In this document: positions 1 through 15,000 of the stretch, in pieces | Position numbering within the stretch: the first letter of the stretch is position 1 | Layout of the letters: every line of letters begins with the position of its first letter | Source of the DNA: Eledone cirrhosa | Lineage: Eukaryota | Assembly (NCBI GenBank): GCA_964016885.1 | Contig: OZ024742.1 | Coordinates: 244,404,001-244,468,000 of the forward strand | Direction of reading: 5' to 3' | DNA length: 64,000 bases | Made by a program: the position numbers and the translations under genes | Notes under the pieces: generated by a model | Seen by the model: the letters and a program-made list of their open reading frames with translations, nothing else | Told to the model about the DNA's origin: nothing | The model's database searches: none

Positions 1-3000
1 TCTTGTCACTCTACTCCATTCTCTCCTACATTACTCCCACTCATGCTCTTACTATTCTTGTCACTCTGCTCCATTCTCTCCTATATTACTCCCACTCATG
101 CTCTTACTATTCTTGTCACTCTACTCCATTATCTCCTACATTACTCCCACTCATGCTCTTACTATTCTTGTCACTCTACTCCATTCTCTCCTATATTACT
201 CCCACTCATGCTCTTACTATTCTTGTCACTCTACTCCATTCTCTCCCACATTACTCCCACTCATGCTCTTACTATTCTTGTCACTCTACTTCATTCTCTC
301 CTACATTCTCTCCCACTCATGCTCTTACTATTCTTGTCACTCTACTCCATTCTCTCCTACATTACTCCCACTCATGCTCTTACTATTCTTGTCACTCTAC
401 TCCATTCTCTCCCACATTACTCCCACTCATGCTCTTACTATTCTTGTCACTCTACTTCATTCTCTCCTACATTACTCCCACTCATGCTCTTACTATTCTT
501 GTCACTCTACTTCATTCTCTCCTACATTACTCCCACTCATGCTCTTAATATTCTTGTCACTCTACTCCATTCTCTCCCACATTACTCCCACTCATGCTCT
601 TACTATTCTTGTCACTCTACTTCATTCTCTCCTATATTACTCCCACTCATCCTCTTATAATTCTTGTCACTCTACTCCATTCTCTCCTATATTACTCCCA
701 CTCATGCTCTTACTATTCTTGTCACTCTACTCCATTCTCTCCTATATTACTCCCACTCATGCTCTTACTATTCTTGTCACTCTACTCCATTCTCTCCTAT
801 ATTACTCCCACTCATGCTCTTACTATTCTTGTCAATCTAATCCATTCTCTCCTACATTACTCCCACTCATGCTCTTACTATTCTTGTCACTCTACTTCAT
901 TCTCTCCTACATTACTCCCACTCATGCTCTTACTATTCTTGTCACTCTACTCCATTCTCTCCTATATTACTCCCACTCATGCTCTTACTATTCTTGTCAC
1001 TCTACTCCATTCTCGCCTACATTACTCCCACTCATGCTCTTACTATTCTTGTCACTCTGCTCCATTCTCTCCTATATTACTCCCACTCATGCTCTTACTA
1101 TTCTTGTCACTCTACTCCATTCTCTCCTACATTACTCCCACTCATGCTCTTACTATTCTTGTCACTCTACTTCATTTTCTCCTACATTACTCCCACTCAT
1201 GCTCTTACTATTCTTGTCACTCTACTTCATTCTCTCCTACATTACTCCCACTCATGCTCTTACTATTCTTGTCACTCTACTTCATTCTCTCCTATATTAC
1301 TCCCACTCATGCTCTTATAATTCTTGTCACTCTACTCCATTCTCTCCTATATTACTCCCACTCATGCTCTTACTATTCTTGTCACTCTACTCCATTCTCT
1401 CCTATATTACTCCCACTCATGCTCTTACTATTCTTGTCACTCTACTCCATTCTCTCCTATATTACTCCCACTCATGCTCTTACTATTCTTGTCAATCTAC
1501 TCCATTCTCTCCTACATTACTCCCACTCATGCTCTTACTATTCTTGTCACTCTACTTCATTCTCTCCTATATTACTCCCACTCATGCTCTTACTATTCTT
1601 GTCACTCTACTCCATTCTCTCCTACATTACTCCCACTCATGCTCTTACTATTCTTGTCACTCTACTCCATTCTCTCCTACAATACTCCCACTCATGCTCT
1701 TACTATTCTTGTCACTCTACTCCATTCTCTCCTTCATTACTCCCACTCATGCTCTTACTATTCTTGTCACTCTACTCCATTCTCTCCTACATTACTCCCA
1801 CTCATGCTCTTACTATTCTTGTCACTCTACTCCATTCTCTCCTTCATTACTCCCACTCATGCTCTTACTATTCTTGTCACTCTACTCCATTCTCTCCTAT
1901 ATTACTCCCACTCATGCTCTTACTATTCTTGTCACTCTCCTCCATTCTCTCCTACATTACTCCCACTCATGCTCTTACTATTCTTGTCACTCTACTTCAT
2001 TCTCTCCTATATTACTCCCACTCATGCTCTTACTATGCTTGTCAATCTACTCCATTCTCTCCTACATTACTCCCACTCATGCTCTTACTATTCTTGTCAC
2101 TCTACTTCATTCTCTCCTATATTACTCCCACTCATGCTCTTACTATTCTTGTCACTCTACTTCATTCTCTCCTTCATTACTCCCACTCATGCTCTTACTA
2201 TTCTTGTCACTCTACTTCATTCTCTCCTACATTACTCCCACTCATGCTCTTACTATTCTTGTCACTCTACTCCATTCTCTCCTACATTACTCCCACTCAT
2301 GCTCTTACTATTCTTGTCACTCTATTTCATTCTCTCCTACATTACTCCCACTCATGCTCTTACTATTCTTGTCACTCTACTCCATTCTCTCCTATATTAC
2401 TCCCACTCATGCTCTTACTATTCTTGTCACTCTACTCCATTCTCTCCTATATTACTCCCACTCATGCTCTTACTATTCTTGTCACTCTACTCCATTCTCT
2501 CCTACATTACTCCCACTCATGCTCTTACTATTCTTGTCACTCTACTCCATTCTCTCCTACAATACTCCCACTCATGCTCTTACTATTCTTGTCACTCTAC
2601 TCCATTCTCTCCTACATTACTCCCACTCATGCTCTTACTATTCTTGTCACTCTACTCCATTCTCTCCTATATTACTCCCACTCATGCTCTTACTATTCTT
2701 GTCACTCTACTCCATTCTCTCCCACATTACTCCCACTCATGCTCTTACTATTCTTGTCACTCTACTCCATTCTCTCCTACATTACTCCCACTCATGCTCT
2801 TACTATTCTTGTCACTCTACTCCATTCTCTCCTACATTACTCCCACTCATGCTCTTACTATTCTTGTCACTCTACTTCATTCTCTCCTACATTACTCCCA
2901 CTCATGCTCTTACTATTCTTGTCACTCTACTCCATTCTCTCCTATATTACTCCCACTCATGCTCTTACTATTCTTGTCACTCTACTCCATTCTCTCCTAT

Positions 3001-6000
3001 ATTACTCCCACTCATGCTCTTACTATTCTTGTCACTCTACTCCATTCTCTCCTACATTACTCCCACTCATGCTCTTACTATTCTTGTCACTCTACTCCAT
3101 TCTCTCCTACAATACTCCCACTCATGCTCTTACTATTCTTGTCACTCTACTCCATTCTCTCCTATATTACTCCCACTCATGCTCTTACTATTCTTGTCAC
3201 TCTACTCCATTCTCTCCTATATTACTCCCACTCATGCTCTTACTATTCTTGTCACTCTACTCCATTCTCTCCTATATTACTCCCACTCATGCTCTTACTA
3301 TTCTTGTCACTCTACTCCATTCTCTCCTACATTACTCCCACTCATGCTCTTACTATTCTTGTCACTCTGCTCCATTCTCTCCTATATTACTCCCACTCAT
3401 GCTCTTACTATTCTTGTCACTCTACTCCATTCTCTCCTACATTACTCCCACTCATGCTCTTACTATTCTTATCACTCTACTCCATTCTCTCCTATATTAC
3501 TCCCACTCATGCTCTTACTATTCTTGTCACTCTACTCCATTCTCTCCCACATTACTCCCACTCATGCTCTTACTATTCTTGTCACTCTACTTCATTCTCT
3601 CCTACATTCTCTCCCACTCATGCTCTTACTATTCTTGTCACTCTACTCCATTCTCTCCTACATTACTCCCACTCATGCTCTTACTATTCTTGTCACTCTA
3701 CTCCATTCTCTCCCACATTACTCCCACTCATGCTCTTACTATTCTTGTCACTCTACTTCATTCTCTCCTACATTACTCCCACTCATGCTCTTACTATTCT
3801 TGTCACTCTACTTCATTCTCTCCTACATTACTCCCACTCATGCTCTTAATATTCTTGTCACTCTACTCCATTCTCTCCCACATTACTCCCACTCATGCTC
3901 TTACTATTCTTGTCACTCTACTTCATTCTCTCCTATATTACTCCCACTCATGCTCTTATAATTCTTGTCACTCTACTCCATTCTCTCCTATATTACTCCC
4001 ACTCATGCTCTTACTATTCTTGTCACTCTACTCCATTCTCTCCTATATTACTCCCACTCATGCTCTTACTATTCTTGTCACTCTACTCCATTCTCTCCTA
4101 TATTACTCCCACTCATGCTCTTACTATTCTTGTCAATCTAATCCATTCTCTCCTACATTACTCCCACTCATGCTCTTACTATTCTTGTCACTCTACTTCA
4201 TTCTCTCCTATATTACTCCCACTCATGCTCTTACTATTCTTGTCACTCTACTCCATTCTCTCCTATATTACTCCCACTCATGCTCTTACTATTCTTGTCA
4301 CTCTACTCCATTCTCTCCTATATTACTCCCACTCATGCTCTTACTATTCTTGTCACTCAACTCCATTCTCTCCTATATTACTCCCACTCATGCTCTTACT
4401 ATTCTTGTCACTCTACTCCATTCTTTCCTACATTACTCCCACTCATGCTCTTACTATTCTTGTCACTCTGCTCCATTCTCTCCTATATTACTCCCACTCA
4501 TGCTCTTACTATTCTTGTCACTCTACTCCATTCTCTCCTACATTACTCCCACTCATGCTCTTACTATTCTTGTCACTCTACTCCATTCTCTCCTATATTA
4601 CTCCCACTCATGCTCTTACTATTCTTGTCACTCTACTCCATTCTCTCCCACATTACTCCCACTCATGCTCTTACTATTCTTGTCACTCTACTTCATTCTC
4701 TCCTACATTCTCTCCCACTCATGCTCTTACTATTCTTGTCACTCTACTCCATTCTCTCATACATTACTCCCACTCATGCTCTTACTATTCTTATCACTCT
4801 ACTCCATTCTCTCCTATATTACTCCCACTCATGCTCTTACTATTCTTGTCACTCTACTCCATTCTCTCCCACATTACTCCCACTCATGCTCTTACTATTC
4901 TTGTCACTCTACTTCATTCTCTCCTACATTCTCTCCCACTCATGCTCTTACTATTCTTGTCACTCTACTCCATTCTCTCCTACATTACTCCCACTCATGC
5001 TCTTACTATTCTTGTCACTCTACTCCATTCTCTCCCACATTACTCCCACTCATGCTCTTACTATTCTTGTCACTCTACTTCATTCTCTCCTACATTACTC
5101 CCACTCATGCTCTTACTATTCTTGTCACTCTACTTCATTCTCTCCTATATTACTCCCACTCATGCTCTTATAATTCTTGTCACTCTACTCCATTCTCTCC
5201 TATATTACTCCCACTCATGCTCTTACTATTCTTGTCACTCTACTCCATTCTCTCCTATATTACTCCCACTCATGCTCTTACTATTCTTGTCACTCTACTC
5301 CATTCTCTCCTATATTACTCCCACTCATGCTCTTACTATTCTTGTCAATCTAATCCATTCTCTCCTACATTACTCCCACTCATGCTCTTACTATTCTTGT
5401 CACTCTACTTCATTCTCTCCTACATTACTCCCACTCATGCTCTTACTATTCTTGTCACTCTACTCCATTCTCTCCTATATTACTCCCACTCATGCTCTTA
5501 CTATTCTTGTCACTCTACTCCATTCTCGCCTACATTACTCCCACTCATGCTCTTACTATTCTTGTCACTCTGCTCCATTCTCTCCTATATTACTCCCACT
5601 CATGCTCTTACTATTCTTGTCACTCTACTCCATTCTCTCCTACATTACTCCCACTCATGCTCTTACTATTCTTGTCACTCTACTTCATTTTCTCCTACAT
5701 TACTCCCACTCATGCTCTTACTATTCTTGTCACTCTACTTCATTCTCTCCTACATTACTCCCACTCATGCTCTTACTATTCTTGTCACTCTACTTCATTC
5801 TCTCCTATATTACTCCCACTCATGCTCTTATAATTCTTGTCACTCTACTCCATTCTCTCCTATATTACTCCCACTCATGCTCTTACTATTCTTGTCACTC
5901 TACTCCATTCTCTCCTATATTACTCCCACTCATGCTCTTACTATTCTTGTCACTCTACTCCATTCTCTCCTATATTACTCCCACTCATGCTCTTACTATT

Positions 6001-9000
6001 CTTGTCAATCTACTCCATTCTCTCCTACATTACTCCCACTCATGCTCTTACTATTCTTTTCACTCTACTTCATTCTCTCCTATATTACTCCCACTCATGC
6101 TCTTACTATTCTTGTCACTCTACTCCATTCTCTCCTACATTACTCCCACTCATGCTCTTACTATTCTTGTCACTCTACTCCATTCTCTCCTACAATACTC
6201 CCACTCATGCTCTTAATATTCTTGTCACTCTACTCCATTCTCTCCTTCATTACTCCCACTCATGCTCTTACTATTCTTGTCACTCTACTCCATTCTCTCC
6301 TACATTACTCCCACTCATGCTCTTACTATTCTTGTCACTCTACTCCATTCTCTCCTTCATTACTCCCACTCATGCTCTTACTATTCTTGTCACTCTACTC
6401 CATTCTCTCCTATATTACTCCCACTCATGCTCTTACTATTCTTGTCACTCTCCTCCATTCTCTCCTACATTACTCCCACTCATGCTCTTACTATTCTTGT
6501 CACTCTACTTCATTCTCTCCTATATTACTCCCACTCATGCTCTTACTATTCTTGTCAATCTACTCCATTCTCTCCTACATTACTCCCACTCATGCTCTTA
6601 CTATTCTTGTCACTCTACTTCATTCTCTCCTATATTACTCCCACTCATGCTCTTACTATTCTTGTCACTCTACTTCATTCTCTCCTTCATTACTCCCACT
6701 CATGCTCTTACTATTCTTGTCACTCTACTTCATTCTCTCCTACATTACTCCCACTCATGCTCTTACTATTCTTGTCACTCTACTCCATTCTCTCCTATAT
6801 TACTCCCACTCATGCTCTTACTATTCTTGTCACTCTACTCCATTCTCTCCTACATTACTCCCACTCATGCTCTTACTATTCTTGTCACTCTACTCCATTC
6901 TCTCCTACAATACTCCCACTCATGCTCTTACTATTCTTGTCACTCTACTCCATTCTCTCCTACATTACTCCCACTCATGCTCTTACTATTCTTGTCACTC
7001 TACTCCATTCTCTCCTATATTACTCCCACTCATGCTCTTACTATTCTTGTCACTCTACTTCATTCTCTCCTACATTACTCCCACTCATGCTCTTACTATT
7101 TTTGTCACTCTACTCCATTCTCTCCTATATTACTCCCACTCATGCTCTTACTATTCTTGTCACTCTACTCCATTCTCTCCTATATTACTCCCACTCATGC
7201 TCTTACTATTCTTGTCACTCTACTCCATTCTCTCCTACATTACTCCCACTCATGCTCTTACTATTCTTGTCACTCTACTCCATTCTCTCCTACAATACTC
7301 CCACTCATGCTCTTACTATTCTTGTCACTCTACTCCATTCTCTCCTATATTACTCCCACTCATGCTCTTACTATTCTTGTCACTCTACTCCATTCTCTCC
7401 TATATTACTCCCACTCATGCTCTTACTATTCTTGTCACTCTACTCCATTCTCTCCTATATTACTCCCACTCATGCTCTTACTATTCTTGTCACTCTACTC
7501 CATTCTCTCCTACATTACTCCCACTCATGCTCTTACTATTCTTGTCACTCTGCTCCATTCTCTCCTATATTACTCCCACTCATGCTCTTACTATTCTTGT
7601 CACTCTACTCCATTCTCTCCTACATTACTCCCACTCATGCTCTTACTATTCTTATCACTCTACTCCATTCTCTCCTATATTACTCCCACTCATGCTCTTA
7701 CTATTCTTGTCACTCTACTCCATTCTCTCCCACATTACTCCCACTCATGCTCTTACTATTCTTGTCACTCTACTTCATTCTCTCCTACATTCTCTCCCAC
7801 TCATGCTCTTACTATTCTTGTCACTCTACTCCATTCTCTCCTACATTACTCCCACTCATGCTCTTACTATTCTTGTCACTCTACTCCATTCTCTCCCACA
7901 TTACTCCCACTCATGCTCTTACTATTCTTGTCACTCTACTTCATTCTCTCCTACATTACTCCCACTCATGCTCTTACTATTCTTGTCACTCTACTTCATT
8001 CTCTCCTACATTACTCCCACTCATGCTCTTAATATTCTTGTCACTCTACTCCATTCTCTCCCACATTACTCCCACTCATGCTCTTACTATTCTTGTCACT
8101 CTACTTCATTCTCTCCTATATTACTCCCACTCATGCTCTTATAATTCTTGTCACTCTACTCCATTCTCTCCTATATTACTCCCACTCATGCTCTTACTAT
8201 TCTTGTCACTCTACTCCATTCTCTCCTATATTACTCCCACTCATGCTCTTACTATTCTTGTCACTCTACTCCATTCTCTCCTATATTACTCCCACTCATG
8301 CTCTTACTATTCTTGTCAATCTAATCCATTCTCTCCTACATTACTCCCACTCATGCTCTTACTATTCTTGTCACTCTACTTCATTCTCTCCTATATTACT
8401 CCCACTCATGCTCTTACTATTCTTGTCACTCTACTCCATTCTCTCCTATATTACTCCCACTCATGCTCTTACTATTCTTGTCACTCTACTCCATTCTCTC
8501 CTATATTACTCCCACTCATGCTCTTACTATTCTTGTCACTCAACTCCATTCTCTCCTATATTACTCCCACTCATGCTCTTACTATTCTTGTCACTCTACT
8601 CCATTCTTTCCTACATTACTCCCACTCATGCTCTTACTATTCTTGTCACTCTGCTCCATTCTCTCCTATATTACTCCCACTCATGCTCTTACTATTCTTG
8701 TCACTCTACTCCATTCTCTCCTACATTACTCCCACTCATGCTCTTACTATTCTTGTCACTCTACTCCATTCTCTCCTATATTACTCCCACTCATGCTCTT
8801 ACTATTCTTGTCACTCTACTCCATTCTCTCCCACATTACTCCCACTCATGCTCTTACTATTCTTGTCACTCTACTTCATTCTCTCCTACATTCTCTCCCA
8901 CTCATGCTCTTACTATTCTTGTCACTCTACTCCATTCTCTCATACATTACTCCCACTCATGCTCTTACTATTCTTGTCACTCTACTCCATTCTCTCCCAC

Positions 9001-12000
9001 ATTACTCCCACTCATGCTCTTACTATTCTTGTCACTCTACTTCATTCTCTCCTACATTACTCCCACTCATGCTCTTACTATTTTTGTCACTCTACTTCAT
9101 TCTCTCCTATATTACTCCCACTCATGCTCTTACTATTCTTGTCACTCTACTCCATTCTCTCCCACATTACTCCCAATCATGCTCTTACTATTCTTGTCAC
9201 TCTACTTCATTCTCTCCTACATTCTCTTCCACTCATGCTCTTACTATTCTTGTCACTCTACTCCATTCTCTCCTACATTACTTCCACTCATGCTCTTACT
9301 ATTCTTGTCACTCTACTCCATTCTCTCCTACATTACTCCCACTCATGCTCTTACTATTCTTGTAACTCTACTTCATTCTCTCCTACATTACTCCCACTCA
9401 TGCTCTTACTATTCTTGTCACTCTACTTCATTCTCTCCTACATTACTCCCACTCATGCTCTTACTATTCTTGTCACTCTACTTCATTCTCTCCTATATTA
9501 CTCCCACTCATGCTCTTATAATTCTTGTCACTCTACTCCATTCTCTCCTATATTACTCCCACTCATGCTCTTACTATTCTTGTCAATCTACTCCATTCTC
9601 TCCTACATTACTCCCACTCATGCTCTTACTATTCTTGTCACTCTACTTCATTCTCTCCTATATTACTCCCACTCATGCTCTTACTATTCTTGTCACTCTA
9701 CTCCATTCTCTCCTACATTACTCCCACTCATGCTCTTACTATTCTTGTCACTCTACTCTATTCTCTCCTACAATACTCCCACTCATGCTCTTACTATTCT
9801 TGTCACTCTACTCCATTCTCTCCTTCATTACTCCCACTCATGCTCTTACTATTCTTGTCACTCTATTCCATTCTCTCCTACATTACTCCCACTCATGCTC
9901 TTACTATTCTTGTCACTCTACTCCATTCTCTCCTTCATTACTCCCACTCATGCTCTTACTATTCTTGTCACTCTACTCCATTCTCTCCCACATTACTCCC
10001 ACTCATGCTCTTACTATTCTTGTCACTCTACTTCATTCTCTCCTACATTACTCCCACTCATGCTCTTACTATTCTTGTCACTCTACTCCATTCTCTCCTA
10101 TATTACTCCCACTCATGCTCTTATAATTCTTGTCACTCTACTCCATTCTCTCCTATATTACTCCCACTCATGCTCTTACTATTCTTGTCACTCTACTCCA
10201 TTCTCTCCTATATTACTCCCACTCATGCTCTTACTATTCTTGTCACTCTACTCCATTCTCTCCTATATTACTCCCACTCATGCTCTTACTATTCTTGTCA
10301 ATCTACTCCATTCTCTCCTACATTACTCCCACTCATGCTCTTACTATTCTTCACACTCTACTTCATTCTCTCCTATATTACTCCCACTCATGCTCTTACT
10401 ATTCTTGTCACTCTACTCCATTCTCTCCTATATTACTCCCACTCATGCTCTTACTATTCTTGTCACTCTACTCCATTCTCTCCTATATTACTCCCACTCA
10501 TGCTCTTACTATTCTTGTCACTCAACTCCATTCTCTCCTATATTACTCCCACTCATGCTCTTACTATTCTTGTCACTCTACTCCATTCTCTCCTACATTA
10601 CTCCCACTCATGCTCTTACTATTCTTGTCACTCTGCTCCATTCTCTCCTATATTACTCCCACTCATGCTCTTACTATTCTTGTCACTCTACTCCATTCTC
10701 TCCTATATTACTCCCACTCATGCTCTTATAATTCTTGTCACTCTACTCCATTCTCTCCTATATTACTCCCACTCATGCTCTTACTATTCTTGTCACTCTA
10801 CTCCATTCTCTCCTATATTACTCCCACTCATGCTCTTACTATTCTTGTCACTCTACTCCATTCTCTCCTATATTACTCCCACTCATGCTCTTACTATTCT
10901 TGTCAATCTACTCCATTCTCTCCTACATTACTCCCACTCATGCTCTTACTATTCTTCACACTCTACTTCATTCTCTCCTATATTACTCCCACTCATGCTC
11001 TTACTATTCTTGTCACTCTACTCCATTCTCTCCTATATTACTCCCACTCATGCTCTTACTATTCTTGTCACTCTACTCCATTCTCTCCTATATTACTCCC
11101 ACTCATGCTCTTACTATTCTTGTCACTCAACTCCATTCTCTCCTATATTACTCCCACTCATGCTCTTACTATTCTTGTCACTCTACTCCATTCTCTCCTA
11201 CATTACTCCCACTCATGCTCTTACTATTCTTGTCACTCTGCTCCATTCTCACCTATATTACTCCCACTCATGCTCTTACTATTCTTGTCACTCTACTCCA
11301 TTCTCTCCTACATTACTCCCACTCATGCTCTTACTATTCTTGTCACTCTACTCCATTCTCTCCTATATTACTCCCACTCATGCTCTTACTATTCTTGTCA
11401 CTCTACTCCATTCTCTCCCACATTACTCCCACTCATGCTCTTACTATTCTTGTCACTCTACTTCATTCTCTCCTACATTCTCTCCCACTCATGCTCTTAC
11501 TATTCTTGTCACTCTACTCCATTCTCTCCTACATTACTCCCACTCATGCTCTTACTATTCTTGTCACTCTACTCCATTCTCTCCCACATTACTCCCACTC
11601 ATGCTCTTACTATTCTTGTCACTCTACTTCATTCTCTCCTACATTACTCCCACTCATGCTCTTACTATTCTTGTCACTCTACTTCATTCTCTCCTATATT
11701 ACTCCCACTCATGCTCTTACTATTCTTGTCACTCTACTCCATTCTCTCCCACATTACTCCCAGTCATGCTCTTACTATTCTTGTCACTCTACTTCATTCT
11801 CTCCTACATTCTCTTCCACTCATGCTCTTACTATTCTTGTCACTCTACTCCATTCTCTCCTACATTACTTCCACTCATGCTCTTACTATTCTTGTCACTC
11901 TACCCCATTCTCTCCTACATTACTCCCACTCATGCTCTTACTATTCTTGTCACTCTACTTCATTCTCTCCTACATTACTCCCACTCATGCTCTTACTATT

Positions 12001-15000
12001 CTTGTCACTCTACTTCATTCTCTCCTATATTACTCCCACTCATGCTCTTATAATTCTTGTCACTCTACTCCATTCTCTCCTATATTACTCCCACTCATGC
12101 TCTTACTATTCTTGTCACTCTACTCCATTCTCTCCTATATTACTCCCACTCATGCTCTTACTATTCTTGTCACTCTACTCCATTCTCTCCTATATTACTC
12201 CCACTCATGCTCTTACTATTCTTGTCAATCTACTCCATTCTCTCCTACATTACTCCCACTCATGCTCTTACTATTCTTGTCACTCTACTTCATTCTCTCC
12301 TATATTACTCCCACTCATGCTCTTACTATTCTTGTCACTCTACTCCATTCTCTCCTACATTACTCCCACTCATGCTCTTACTATTCTTGTCACTCTCCTC
12401 CATTCTCTCCTATATTACTCCCACTCATGCTCTTACTATTCTTGTCACTCTACTCCATTCTCTCCTACATTACTCCCACTCATGCTCTTACTATTCTTGT
12501 CACTCTACTCCATTCTCTCCTACATTACTCCCACTCATGCTCTTACTATTCTTGTCACTCTACTTCATTCTCTCCTACATTACTCCCACTCATGCTCTTA
12601 CTATTCTTGTCACTCTACTCCATTCTCTCCTACATTACTCCCACTCATGCTCTTACTATTCTTGTCACTCTACTTCATTCTCTCCTACATTACTCCCACT
12701 CATGCTCTTACTATTCTTGTCACTCTACTCCATTCTCTCCTATATTACTCCCACTCATGCTCTTACTATTCTTGTCACTCTACTCCATTCTCTCCTACAT
12801 TACTTCCACTCATGCTCTTACTATTCTTGTCACTCTACTCCATTCTCTCCTACATTACTCCCACTCATGCTCTTACTATTCTTGTAACTCTACTTCATTC
12901 TCTCCTACATTACTCCCACTCATGCTCTTACTATTCTTGTCACTCTACTTCATTCTCTCCTACATTACTCCCACTCATGCTCTTACTATTCTTGTCACTC
13001 TACTTCATTCTCTCCTATATTACTCCCACTCATGCTCTTATAATTCTTGTCACTCTACTCCATTCTCTCCTATATTACTCCCACTCATGCTCTTACTATT
13101 CTTGTCAATCTACTCCATTCTCTCCTACATTACTCCCACTCATGCTCTTACTATTCTTGTCACTCTACTTCATTCTCTCCTATATTACTCCCACTCATGC
13201 TCTTACTATTCTTGTCACTCTACTCCATTCTCTCCTACATTACTCCCACTCATGCTCTTACTATTCTTGTCACTCTACTCTATTCTCTCCTACAATACTC
13301 CCACTCATGCTCTTACTATTCTTGTCACTCTACTCCATTCTCTCCTTCATTACTCCCACTCATGCTCTTACTATTCTTGTCACTCTATTCCATTCTCTCC
13401 TACATTACTCCCACTCATGCTCGTACTATTCTTGTCACTCTACTCCATTCTCTCCTTCATTACTCCCACTCATGCTCTTACTATTCTTGTCACTCTACTC
13501 CATTCTCTCCCACATTACTCCCACTCATGCTCTTACTATTCTTGTCACTCTACTTCATTCTCTCCTACATTACTCCCACTCATGCTCTTACTATTCTTGT
13601 CACTCTACTCCATTCTCTCCTATATTACTCCCACTCATGCTCTTATAATTCTTGTCACTCTACTCCATTCTCTCCTATATTACTCCCACTCATGCTCTTA
13701 CTATTCTTGTCACTCTACTCCATTCTCTCCTATATTACTCCCACTCATGCTCTTACTATTCTTGTCACTCTACTCCATTCTCTCCTATATTACTCCCACT
13801 CATGCTCTTACTATTCTTGTCAATCTACTCCATTCTCTCCTACATTACTCCCACTCATGCTCTTACTATTCTTCACACTCTACTTCATTCTCTCCTATAT
13901 TACTCCCACTCATGCTCTTACTATTCTTGTCACTCTACTCCATTCTCTCCTATATTACTCCCACTCATGCTCTTACTATTCTTGTCACTCTACTCCATTC
14001 TCTCCTATATTACTCCCACTCATGCTCTTACTATTCTTGTCACTCAACTCCATTCTCTCCTATATTACTCCCACTCATGCTCTTACTATTCTTGTCACTC
14101 TACTCCATTCTCTCCTACATTACTCCCACTCATGCTCTTACTATTCTTGTCACTCTGCTCCATTCTCTCCTATATTACTCCCACTCATGCTCTTACTATT
14201 CTTGTCACTCTACTCCATTCTCTCCTATATTACTCCCACTCATGCTCTTATAATTCTTGTCACTCTACTCCATTCTCTCCTATATTACTCCCACTCATGC
14301 TCTTACTATTCTTGTCACTCTACTCCATTCTCTCCTATATTACTCCCACTCATGCTCTTACTATTCTTGTCACTCTACTCCATTCTCTCCTATATTACTC
14401 CCACTCATGCTCTTACTATTCTTGTCAATCTACTCCATTCTCTCCTACATTACTCCCACTCATGCTCTTACTATTCTTCACACTCTACTTCATTCTCTCC
14501 TATATTACTCCCACTCATGCTCTTACTATTCTTGTCACTCTACTCCATTCTCTCCTATATTACTCCCACTCATGCTCTTACTATTCTTGTCACTCTACTC
14601 CATTCTCTCCTATATTACTCCCACTCATGCTCTTACTATTCTTGTCACTCAACTCCATTCTCTCCTATATTACTCCCACTCATGCTCTTACCATTCTTGT
14701 CACTCTACTCCATTCTCTCCTACATTACTCCCACTCATGCTCTTACTATTCTTGTCACTCTGCTCCATTCTCTCCTATATTACTCCCACTCATGCTCTTA
14801 CTATTCTTGTCACTCTACTCCATTCTCTCCTACATTACTCCCACTCATGCTCTTACTATTCTTGTCACTCTACTCCATTCTCTCCTATATTACTCCCACT
14901 CATGCTCTTACTATTCTTGTCACTCTACTCCATTCTCTCCTACATTACTCCCACTCATGCTCTTACTATTCTTGTCACTCTACTCCATTCTCTCCCACAT

